From a bacterium (GTDB taxonomy: Bacteria > JBDRGX01), in the NCBI GenBank assembly GCA_043817485.1, contig JBDRGX010000078.1:1-41062 (forward strand): 41,062 nt of DNA, given 5' to 3'. Positions within the stretch are counted from its first letter, which is position 1. Each line of letters starts with the position of its first letter. Of the stretch, positions 8,917 to 17,798 are shown piece after piece. Below the pieces are notes generated by a model. That model was given only the letters and a program-made list of their open reading frames with translations. It did not search any database and was not told where the DNA came from. The translations under genes were made by a program, and so were the position numbers.

Positions 8917-11487
8917 TTAAAATCCTGCATATATATTTAAAAATATTTTTTCACTATCCCATTCATCAGAAATATTTAAAGCATCATAATGTTCTGTAGT
9001 ATATCCAATGGTTACAGCAATATCATATCCACGAAATTGAGATTTATTAATAAGTTGAACAGATTTTAGAAAAGAAGTAAAATTATCAGTTGGATTTATG
9101 TTAAATATATCTGTTCTTTTTTGAACACCACCAACAAGTGATAAAGTAGGAGAAAATTCATATACTATTAAATTTGCAATAATTGTTTTATATTCATCTT
9201 TTTTTAAAGACCTTACATTTACTATTTTAGTCATATCTCCAGTTCCTATTGCTTTATTTCCTGTTGGAAAAGTAGTTTCAAGTTCAAAATTCATCAAATC
9301 TGGCATATTACGAGTTCTTTCATAATATTCCTTATTTTCATTAGACCAATTATAATTTTTTACAATATATTTTCCCATAGGTTTAAAATAAATTTGTCTA
9401 CAAAAATTAATTTTTTCTAAAGAAGAAAAAATAGAAGTTAAAGGAATTTTATAAAAAAATCTTGATAAAAAACCAATAGAATTAATTGTATTATTTTCTT
9501 TATTCTGATCATTGTTAATCCATTTGAATTTAGAAGTAAAATTAAATCCTTTTATTCCAGAATATTCAAACATAGCAAAAATTGTTTTAACTAAACTATC
9601 TTCATATAAAATCATATCATCAAAATATTTGCGAAAAGCACCCGGTTTTCCCATGTCTACAAAAATAGGAGAAGTTGAATCCATTGATGAAATATCAGCT
9701 TTTTTATCTATTTCAGAACGCCTTTGTTCTACACAATCATCTGGAATATTATCTGCAACTTTTTTTAATCTTGCTTCCCATACTAATTTACCTATAATAT
9801 TTTCCTTAAAGTTTATTTTTTTTTCTTGAGAAGTTATAAATTCAATAAAATTATTTTCACCTATATGAGGATTTCTTCTTTCACAAGGATCTTTTTGTGG
9901 AAAAGAAAGATAATCACCATATTCTGCATGTTTTCCTAAATCTACTTTTTCTTTTTCTAATTTAATATTTATGGAAAAATTCACATCTTTCCATAAATAT
10001 TCACTAATTAAACCTAACCCATCTCTATTGCGAGAATAAGCATAATCAAAATTACGATCATTTTCAAATTTATCTATTATTTCATTATTATTATTATCAT
10101 TCCCTTTTTCATATTCTGGAGAATCTTGAAAACAAATTAAAAAATCTTCTTCATAATCTGGAATACCATTTCTGTTTTCATCAATATCTGGAATATTATT
10201 TGCATCCTTATCTAAACCAGGAAAAACTCCATCTTTATCACCTAACATAAAACCCTCTGATTCTATGAAAAGTAAAGCATCCGGAACATTATCTGCATAA
10301 CGATCATTATCATCATTATCATCTACATATACATAATCTGAAAACCCTTTTCTTCTTGCTGTTTTCAAAGAACCCCAGTTATCAGTTATTGATTGCCAAT
10401 ATGATTTTTGCGAATTAAAAGTATCATAAACTGGAACAAAAGAAAATAAATAATAAGGATCTACATAATATTTTTCTAATCCTATTTTTAAATTTTTACC
10501 AAAAAATCTTTCTCCTTTTAAAAAATAAGCATAAGTTTGTCCTTTTGTTTTATCTCTATAAATTTCTTCATATTTAGAATTTATTACTTCACTATAAGCA
10601 TAAGATACATCTGCATATCCTTGTGAATCTATATTAACATAATCAGAAGATTTTTTTAATTCTTTAAAACTTTTTCCATCAAAAAATTTTTCATTACTAA
10701 CTAATTCTGTTTCAAAATTCCAACCCCATTTTGAACCTCTTAAATCCATTCCTATAAGCGATTGACCTGTAAGATCTCCTATTTTATCTGGATTTGGATC
10801 ATAACCATATAAAGAATTCTTTTTATTAGAATCTTTTCCAAAAGAATAAAAATTACAATGATTCATATAGGTAACACCTAATCTCATTATATCTCCTAAA
10901 CGAAATACATTATGAACTCCATATAAATAATGAGATTCTAATGTCGAATAGATGCTACTAGTTGGAGTATCCTCTCTACTATTAAAAAAAACTTCTCTTG
11001 ATATAGAACTTTTAGAATTATTTAGACGAACTGGTTTATCTGTATTAGTAGCTAAAATAGTAAATTCATTTCTATCATTAAATATATCCCATCTAAATCC
11101 ATGAAATTGAGATTTTTTAAAAGTAAGGTTTGTAAAACTGGTTTTTATTTCATCCCCAAACATAATTCGAGAATGAATTTTATTTTCACCAAAAGAATCT
11201 TTAGCAATAATTAAATGATTCATAAAAGATTGATATTGAGGAGCTTTATTTAAAATATTACCAGTAGTAAGAGGTGTTTCTCTTCCAAAAGTTAAAACAT
11301 TAATTCCTTCAAGTAAATATCCTCCAAAAGGATCATACAATACTTGCGTATTTGCTTTTTGAACCCAATCTTCATAATCTTCTTCACCATAATTTTTATA
11401 GTCTCCATTAATATTTACTTCAGCAAAAGCGCCATTTATTAATCCCAAAAACATAATTAAAAACGAAATAATTAAATTTTTCATCAA
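8917..11487 (-). CDS. putative outer-membrane beta-barrel protein with acidic thrombospondin-type-3-like Ca-binding repeats
   Basis: Signal peptide MMKNLIISFLIMFLGLINGAFA. The C-terminus IFLNIYAGF has alternating hydrophobics and a terminal Phe, as in an OMP beta-signal. Central region: DDNDDNDRYADNVPD...DKDANNIPDIDENRNGIPDYEED. Confidence 0.5.
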   Translation of the reverse strand: MMKNLIISFLIMFLGLINGAFAEVNINGDYKNYGEEDYEDWVQKANTQVLYDPFGGYLLEGINVLTFGRETPLTTGNILNKAPQYQSFMNHLIIAKDSFGENKIHSRIMFGDEIKTSFTNLTFKKSQFHGFRWDIFNDRNEFTILATNTDKPVRLNNSKSSISREVFFNSREDTPTSSIYSTLESHYLYGVHNVFRLGDIMRLGVTYMNHCNFYSFGKDSNKKNSLYGYDPNPDKIGDLTGQSLIGMDLRGSKWGWNFETELVSNEKFFDGKSFKELKKSSDYVNIDSQGYADVSYAYSEVINSKYEEIYRDKTKGQTYAYFLKGERFFGKNLKIGLEKYYVDPYYLFSFVPVYDTFNSQKSYWQSITDNWGSLKTARRKGFSDYVYVDDNDDNDRYADNVPDALLFIESEGFMLGDKDGVFPGLDKDANNIPDIDENRNGIPDYEEDFLICFQDSPEYEKGNDNNNNEIIDKFENDRNFDYAYSRNRDGLGLISEYLWKDVNFSINIKLEKEKVDLGKHAEYGDYLSFPQKDPCERRNPHIGENNFIEFITSQEKKINFKENIIGKLVWEARLKKVADNIPDDCVEQRRSEIDKKADISSMDSTSPIFVDMGKPGAFRKYFDDMILYEDSLVKTIFAMFEYSGIKGFNFTSKFKWINNDQNKENNTINSIGFLSRFFYKIPLTSIFSSLEKINFCRQIYFKPMGKYIVKNYNWSNENKEYYERTRNMPDLMNFELETTFPTGNKAIGTGDMTKIVNVRSLKKDEYKTIIANLIVYEFSPTLSLVGGVQKRTDIFNINPTDNFTSFLKSVQLINKSQFRGYDIAVTIGYTTEHYDALNISDEWDSEKIFLNIYAGF

Positions 11488-11562
11488 TCAAACCTCCAAA
11501 ATAATTTAAACATTAAATATTATTTTATTAAATAATATTATAATTTTACGATTTTTAACCTT

Positions 11563-12051
11563 TTACATCATTTCTTTACTATCTTCAATATTTTCTACTG
11601 CTGGTTGAAAAGAAAATGTTGTTTTTTTTCCATCTTTAAGAATAATTTTTTGAGTAATGTCCATTATTTTAATAATAACACCATGATAAACTTTATTTTC
11701 TGCTTCAATAATTAACAAATTTTTTGGAATTCTTTTTCTTTGATATTGAAATATTTCTTCATAATTTTTTAAATCTACTTTTACCCCATTTAATTTAATA
11801 ACACCTTCTTTAACTATTTTATGGCCTGTAGTAATTTCATCTTCCATAAAACAAATTTTTAATTGTTGTTCTACTTTAGCTGGTTGGTTTAAAAAAGAAT
11901 TGTCATCACTTGGAATTTTAATGCTAATTCCTACAATAATACTAATAGTATTAATACACATTAAAAAAATAAGAAGATTAAATATACAATCTATCATTGG
12001 AGTAAGATCTATTTCTGTATTTCCCCATCTTTCTCTTTTTCGTAAATTCAC
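11563..12051 (-). CDS. exbD: ExbD/TolR family protein (second copy)
   Basis: N-terminal EIDLTPMIDCIFNLLIFLM signature with the conserved TM Asp. 162 aa. Confidence 0.8.
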   Translation of the reverse strand: MNLRKRERWGNTEIDLTPMIDCIFNLLIFLMCINTISIIVGISIKIPSDDNSFLNQPAKVEQQLKICFMEDEITTGHKIVKEGVIKLNGVKVDLKNYEEIFQYQRKRIPKNLLIIEAENKVYHGVIIKIMDITQKIILKDGKKTTFSFQPAVENIEDSKEMM

Positions 12052-12164
12052 AATTTACCTCATTTATTTTTTTATAAAAAATAAAACTTACAAATTTATT
12101 GTATTACAAAAATTCAAAAAAATATATCCACCTATACTATAATAATTATAAATAAAATAAAAAA

Positions 12165-12599
12165 TTATTTTCCAGATTTTACTTCATTAGTAACAGCAAA
12201 AGTAAATTTTTGTACTCCAGATTTTTTTGCTATATCCATTACTTCAGATATTGTTTTATAAAAAACTTTTTGATCTGCTTTAATAACTAAAGTTTCTGTT
12301 TTAAGTTCTCTTAATTTACTGCCTAAATTTTCTCTATCAACTTCATCAAAATTTACTTCCATTTTGCCTGGAGTTAAAATAGCACCCGTTTCATTAACTT
12401 TTGCTGGATATAAATACATAATAACATCTGTTTTCTTTTCTTCTTCATATATTTCAGCAAGAGGAAGAGATATTCCAGAACTTTTTACCATTGTTAAAGT
12501 GACTAAAAAGAAAATAATTAAATTAAAAACTGCATCAATCATGGGTGTTAAATCAAAATCAACCCATGAAGTATCTTTTTTCTTTTTTAAAAAAGTCAT
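12165..12599 (-). CDS. exbD: ExbD/TolR family protein (first copy)
   Basis: DFDLTPMIDAVFNLIIFFLV signature. 144 aa. The start overlaps the exbB stop by 4 nt. Confidence 0.85.
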   Translation of the reverse strand: MTFLKKKKDTSWVDFDLTPMIDAVFNLIIFFLVTLTMVKSSGISLPLAEIYEEEKKTDVIMYLYPAKVNETGAILTPGKMEVNFDEVDRENLGSKLRELKTETLVIKADQKVFYKTISEVMDIAKKSGVQKFTFAVTNEVKSGK

Positions 12600-13285
12600 T
12601 TTTTTCCTCTAATAAGTAAAGTATCTATTAAATCAACAGTAGAAACTTCTATATCAGTAATATAATTATCTATTTGTTTTCTAATAATAGTGTAAAAAAC
12701 AATTACTGGAATTGCAATCATTAAACCTGCTTCTGTTGTAATAAGAGCTTGTGAAATTCCTCCAGCCAATTGATCTGGTCTTACACCTGCTGGATTACAA
12801 GCTATTACATTAAATGCTTGAATCATTCCCATAATAGTACCTAAAAGCCCTAATAAAGGAGCTATTTTAGATACTGTTTCTAAAATATTAAGATTTGCTT
12901 CAAATGCTGGTAATTCTTTTTGTCCAGCATCTTGAATAGCAGATTTAATTTCATCTACATATTTATCAGAAGAAACATTTGTATTTAAATCTCCAATATG
13001 TCGAATTAAACCTTCTTTTAAAATACCTGTTAAAGGACTTTTTATGGTATTACAGTATTCAATAGATTTTTCTAAAGCATCTTGTTTATTTTTATTTTCT
13101 GCAAATATACTTTTTATTTTTTCTATTAATTGATCAGCTGATATCCTTCCTTTAATTTTTTTTAAAAAAAGCAATCTTTCAATAATATAAGTTAAACCTA
13201 TTAAAGAACAAATACCTAAAGGAACCATCATAGACCCACCAGCTACACACCATCCCCAAAATTTAAAGTACCATGTTCCACCCAT
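12596..13285 (-). CDS. exbB: MotA/TolQ/ExbB proton-channel family protein
   Basis: 229 aa with the three-TM layout. The C-terminal conserved block APLLGLLGTIMGMIQAF...GGISQALITTEAGLMIAIP is typical of ExbB/TolQ. Confidence 0.85.
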   Translation of the reverse strand: MGGTWYFKFWGWCVAGGSMMVPLGICSLIGLTYIIERLLFLKKIKGRISADQLIEKIKSIFAENKNKQDALEKSIEYCNTIKSPLTGILKEGLIRHIGDLNTNVSSDKYVDEIKSAIQDAGQKELPAFEANLNILETVSKIAPLLGLLGTIMGMIQAFNVIACNPAGVRPDQLAGGISQALITTEAGLMIAIPVIVFYTIIRKQIDNYITDIEVSTVDLIDTLLIRGKK

Positions 13286-13402
13286 TTTTAAAACCTCCTT
13301 TAAAATTTTTACCTTTTAAACAAATTATATTTGATTGGAAAAAATTTAATTAAAATAAAAAAATTGTCAATATAAAAATACATTACATTTATATAATTAA
13401 AT

Positions 13403-13873
13403 TTACCTATAAAATTTTTTGTATTTTGGCAATAAAATTTCTGCCATCACAAAACCTTTTTGATAATCTTTTAACTCATTTAAAAAAGGTACAGATATTT
13501 TTTCTTCAGTTTTTGAAAATAATTTTTTTTTGTTTTGCATTATTTCTTGTTTTTGATGCATTTGTTCTAACATAAAAATAAGTTCTTTATTTTTTTCTTT
13601 TTCTTCTCCTAAACATTGTAATATTTTTTCATATTCTTGTTTTGAAACAACTTCTTCTGGTTTTTGTTCTAAAAAAATCTCTAAAAAACCTTTTTCTTCT
13701 ATAGGGGAATCTAATTGTTCTTGTTGTTCTATAGGGAAATCCAATTGTTTTTGTTGTTGTAAAACATTTTTTTCTTTTTTTATCAAATCTTTTTTTTGTT
13801 TTTGTTCTAAATTTTGTTTTAATGTTATTATTATCCATATAACAATAATAACAAAAGTGATTAATTGTTCCAT
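13403..13873 (-). CDS. small membrane-anchored hypothetical protein with a Gln/Glu-rich tandem repeat
   Basis: 156-aa ORF with an N-terminal TM helix. A 30-bp tandem DNA repeat (13698..13757) encodes QQKQLDFPIE/QQEQLDSPIE. No family recognised. Confidence 0.4.
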   Translation of the reverse strand: MEQLITFVIIVIWIIITLKQNLEQKQKKDLIKKEKNVLQQQKQLDFPIEQQEQLDSPIEEKGFLEIFLEQKPEEVVSKQEYEKILQCLGEEKEKNKELIFMLEQMHQKQEIMQNKKKLFSKTEEKISVPFLNELKDYQKGFVMAEILLPKYKKFYR

Positions 13874-13885
13874 TTTTTTATCCTC

Positions 13886-16800
13886 TTATTTTATTATACT
13901 AAATTTTCCTTTAAAAACATTTTTTTTTCCTTCTTCATTAAGTCCTTCAAAATAATAAAGATATATTCCACTACTTAATTTTTCTGGATTCCACTCAATT
14001 TTTTTTTGTTTTTTCTCAAAAATTATTTCAGATATTAATTCTCCAACAATATTGTAAATTTTAATTTTATTTTCATTTGCTTCTATTTTATCAGGCAAAA
14101 CAAAAGTTATTACTTGATGTTTTCTCCATAAAAATGGATTAGGATATATAAGAAATTTTTCTGATAATCCTAAATTAAAATTATAATTAAAAACAGTTTC
14201 TGTTTCTACTTTATTATATGCCTTATCCATAGCAATAAATTTAATTTTATATTCTCCTTCTAAATTTAAAAAACTTATTGGTATTAAAAATTTCAATTCT
14301 GTTTTTTCTTTATTAAAAAATTGCAATTCTAAATCAACTTTTTTTTGTGATGAATATTCACAATATGCTTTATTTACAAATATAAGCCCTTCTGAAGAAG
14401 AAAGAATTACTTCACATTTTCCTAATGATATATTAACTTTTGTTTTTATCTCAGGAATTATTTCATCAACAGGATTAATCGCTCCAAGCGGAATATTATT
14501 TTCTGTATTTAAAACTTTTGTTGTGTTAATACATGGTATTCCCCAAAAATTATTAGCATAAACTGGAATAACTGCATAATAATAAAAATAAGAATAATTC
14601 AATATTTTTTGTTCATTACCTTCTTTTAAATATTTCATATCAATATCTAAAAAAGTTGTTGTATCTATAAATTCTGTTTTTTCTTTACTAACACTTGCTA
14701 TAATATTTATATCATCAATTTGCATTCCATCTTTTTCAATTCCATCATCACCAGTATAATCATCTTTTCCAGAAAAAAAATCTTCCATTTCTTTTTTTAT
14801 ATTATTTACAGTACCTATTTCTGTAATTTTTGATCCTTCATTTATTTTTATGTATTTTTTTCTTAAAATAAGCCATTCTTTTACATCATTTATATTTCCT
14901 TCTGAAATCCATGAAATTTTTATATCTCCATTTTTCATTTCTTTTTCTTCATTTTCTATTTTCTTTTTTTCTATTACCCAATCCAGTTTTATATCTTCTT
15001 TCATTTTTACTTCAGGTAATTTATCTAAAATATCAGCAGAATAAGTGAAAGAAAAATTTTCAATTTTTTCTGCATATAAATTAGAAATTATTATGTCTAT
15101 TTTTAAAACATTTGTCCCAAAATCTTTTATTAAAACTTGTGCACATTGACTTGGATTATATAAAAACACTTCTTTTACTTCTACTTTATTATTAGCCAAA
15201 TGTTTAATAAGCCATACTCCATAACCTGCTGTTCCATAATAATCAAAAATTTCTTTTTGTGATTCTGGAATAAATGAAGATTTAAAATTAATTACTAATG
15301 TTCCTTGTCTTCCTTCTGGTAAAAAACGAATACACTTAAATCCTAAAAATTCAGGCACTTCTTCTTGAGACATTTTTTTAATTAAAGGATAATTTTTATG
15401 AATATATGCAGGATAAATTTGTATATTAGGAAAATCTTCTCCTTTTGAATAATGATATGCTGAATATTTTTGTAAATCATCTTTATGTGTTTGCGTAAGA
15501 CCCAAATCTAATTTATAATTTTCACCCGTAAAATAATTCCAAAGTGTAAATTCTTTAAAAAGAGAGCCAAATTTTTCTGCATATCTTAATGAAAAAACAT
15601 TTCCAAAATTAACTAACTTTTCATAAGATCCTTCTGCAAAACTTTCATAAAGAACTTTTATTACTTCATTTCCTAATTTTTCTGATAAAAATTTTGTCCA
15701 AAGAAATCCTCCATATTCATATGAACCATCAAATGTAGTAATACTTTTATCAAAATATAAAAATCGATTTAAAAGAAATTTTTTAATATCTTGATAACCA
15801 TCTAATTCTGCAGAATCAATTTCAAATCCTTTATTTTGAAAAATTTTTATTTCACCATTTTTTAATCCTATTACTAAATCTACATCTTCATCATAATCTA
15901 TATCTGCAAAAGAAATAAAAAAGGTTTCTTTTAATAAAGGCAAATTATTATTTGTTAATATAAATTTAGAATTAAAAACATTTCCTTCATTCCGATAAAA
16001 ATAAATTTTTTCATTTTCTCCATTTTCTCCAGAAATTAAAAGATCTAAATCTTTATCTTTATCTATATCAACTAATACAGGCACAGAATAAGAACCAACA
16101 TTTATATCCAAATATTTTTTAGAAACACATTCCCATAAATATTCTTCTTTTTCTACTTTTTTAATCCTTTTATATAAACTTATAGTTCCATTTTCTTTTC
16201 CAACAATAAGTTCTAATTCACCATCTCCATCTAAATCTCCTAATGTAGGTGATGTATTTTTATCTCCCGTATCTATAGATGGCCATATTTTCCCCCAATT
16301 TACACCATCATCTTCAAATTTAATACCTATTTCTGGTTTTTCTGGCACAATATTTTGTATACTAATACTCCCTTTAAAAAATTCTATTTTTCCATTTTCT
16401 TGTCCAATAACTAAATCCAACACATTATCTTTATCTAACAAATAAAATGCTGGCCTAAGTCTTGTTTTTCCCAAAAACTGCATTTTACTTCCAATATTTA
16501 ATTTACCTGTTTGATTTAAATATATTATCAATTCATCTTTTTCATTACCAATAATTACATCTAAATAACCATCTTCTAACAAATCTACTATTACAGGGGA
16601 AGCAAAATCTCCTACATCAATTAATTTTGAATTATTATTTTCAAAAGATTGAATTAAATTATTTTGAGTATCTTCTTGCCATAAAAAAACATCTTCTTTT
16701 TTTCCATCATAAACAATAGCTTCTCCCCATACTGCACAATTTTCCATAAACCAATTAGGCATTAAAAAATTATAACCAAATTGGATTCCATGAAAAAATT

Positions 16801-17539
16801 CATGAGCACAAGTTGTTTTTAAACATTCTTTAATCCTTGCTTTTCCAACCCATTTATAATAATTTACATTTATAGCAAAAAAAGGAGCAGCTGTTCCAAC
16901 AAAACTATTTGGCTTCATAGTAAGATACAAATCTATGGTTGCAAATCCACCCCATCCACCATCACTTCCAAAAATATAAACATCAATTCTTTCATCTCCA
17001 CCATTATCTTTTACCATTTCATCTGTTAATGGCTTTTTAAACTTCATTTTTTCAATATAAATTCGATAACTTTTTTCATAAGCTTCAGCACAAATATCAA
17101 TAATATCAGGAATCCCATTTATAGGAAATTCATCATAAGGATAAGCATGATAACCAAATTTAGTATAATGAAATTTAAAATGCGGTGTATCATAAATTAA
17201 TGGTAAAGAATCTTTACATGCCCAAGAATTTATATTTCCGGGTCTTGTAAAAAGTCCTTTTAATTTATTTCTTTTTTCAAATGAAATTTCTTCCCATTTT
17301 TTTTTTACTGTTAAAATATAAGGAGTTAAAGATTTTTGAAATTCATTTTGGGGAAAAGTATTTTTATCAAAACTTTGTTCTAAAATTGTTATTGCTTCTT
17401 GAACATCAATATCTGCATATAAAAAAGAAACAAAAAAATTTATAATAACAAAAAATAAAATTCCTTGCAATTTTCTGCAAGATATTTTTTCAACAAGATA
17501 TTTATTATTATATGGTTGATGACCCCACATGGTAACCAC
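13886..17539 (-). CDS. secreted HExxH zinc-metalloprotease-like protein with FG-GAP/VCBS repeats and a T9SS-type (Por/FlgD-Ig-like) C-terminal sorting domain
   Basis: TCAHEFFHGIQ motif near aa 245. Five FG-GAP-like units (e.g. GDLDGDGELELIVG, VDIDKDKDLDLLISG, ADIDYDEDVDLVIG). The C-terminal ~85 aa (IYPNPF...IKIYNIVGELI...LSSGIYLYYF...KFSIIK) match the T9SS CTD pattern. Confidence 0.7.
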   Translation of the reverse strand: MVTMWGHQPYNNKYLVEKISCRKLQGILFFVIINFFVSFLYADIDVQEAITILEQSFDKNTFPQNEFQKSLTPYILTVKKKWEEISFEKRNKLKGLFTRPGNINSWACKDSLPLIYDTPHFKFHYTKFGYHAYPYDEFPINGIPDIIDICAEAYEKSYRIYIEKMKFKKPLTDEMVKDNGGDERIDVYIFGSDGGWGGFATIDLYLTMKPNSFVGTAAPFFAINVNYYKWVGKARIKECLKTTCAHEFFHGIQFGYNFLMPNWFMENCAVWGEAIVYDGKKEDVFLWQEDTQNNLIQSFENNNSKLIDVGDFASPVIVDLLEDGYLDVIIGNEKDELIIYLNQTGKLNIGSKMQFLGKTRLRPAFYLLDKDNVLDLVIGQENGKIEFFKGSISIQNIVPEKPEIGIKFEDDGVNWGKIWPSIDTGDKNTSPTLGDLDGDGELELIVGKENGTISLYKRIKKVEKEEYLWECVSKKYLDINVGSYSVPVLVDIDKDKDLDLLISGENGENEKIYFYRNEGNVFNSKFILTNNNLPLLKETFFISFADIDYDEDVDLVIGLKNGEIKIFQNKGFEIDSAELDGYQDIKKFLLNRFLYFDKSITTFDGSYEYGGFLWTKFLSEKLGNEVIKVLYESFAEGSYEKLVNFGNVFSLRYAEKFGSLFKEFTLWNYFTGENYKLDLGLTQTHKDDLQKYSAYHYSKGEDFPNIQIYPAYIHKNYPLIKKMSQEEVPEFLGFKCIRFLPEGRQGTLVINFKSSFIPESQKEIFDYYGTAGYGVWLIKHLANNKVEVKEVFLYNPSQCAQVLIKDFGTNVLKIDIIISNLYAEKIENFSFTYSADILDKLPEVKMKEDIKLDWVIEKKKIENEEKEMKNGDIKISWISEGNINDVKEWLILRKKYIKINEGSKITEIGTVNNIKKEMEDFFSGKDDYTGDDGIEKDGMQIDDINIIASVSKEKTEFIDTTTFLDIDMKYLKEGNEQKILNYSYFYYYAVIPVYANNFWGIPCINTTKVLNTENNIPLGAINPVDEIIPEIKTKVNISLGKCEVILSSSEGLIFVNKAYCEYSSQKKVDLELQFFNKEKTELKFLIPISFLNLEGEYKIKFIAMDKAYNKVETETVFNYNFNLGLSEKFLIYPNPFLWRKHQVITFVLPDKIEANENKIKIYNIVGELISEIIFEKKQKKIEWNPEKLSSGIYLYYFEGLNEEGKKNVFKGKFSIIK

Positions 17540-17570
17540 CCTTTATTAAATCGTTAAGGAAATTTAATAT

Positions 17571-17598
17571 GTAGGGGCAATTCATGAATTGCCCCTAC
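17571..17598. repeat. perfect 28-bp palindrome GTAGGGGCAATTCATGAATTGCCCCTAC
   Basis: Read directly from the sequence. It lies between cmk and the metalloprotease gene and is GC-rich relative to its surroundings. It could be a terminator or REP-like hairpin, but there is no clear T-tract. Confidence 0.6.
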
Positions 17599-17646
17599 CA
17601 ATAATTTCATCTACGCTTTTCATTATTTTCTCTATCTCAACCAATG

Positions 17647-17726
17647 AAACCGTGTCTTAATTGAAAAAAAACTGCTTTTTGCAATTATGTATATAAAAAC
17701 AAAATTACATGATATGACACAGTCTC
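17647..17726. mobile_element. MITE-like element, family B (TIR ...ACTGTGTCATAAT), short degenerate copy
   Basis: The left end AAACCGTGTCTTAATTG and right end TATGACACAGTCTC match the ends of the 117-bp element at 40565..40681, and the internal GCAATT(A/G)T is shared. A further partial left end (AGACTGT-ATAAT) starts at 17744. Confidence 0.5.
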
Positions 17727-17798
17727 GGCCATTCGCCCCTACAAGACTGTATAATACGCAATTTAATTTCATTCGAAAATTTAAAATGATAATAAAAT

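Noticed and set aside
13629-13838. A 69-aa minus-strand ORF overlapping the 156-aa gene in another frame.
   Set aside because: It is an alternative frame of the same repeat-containing region with an extremely Arg/Lys/Thr-rich, low-complexity product. The longer ORF with a TM anchor is the more plausible gene.
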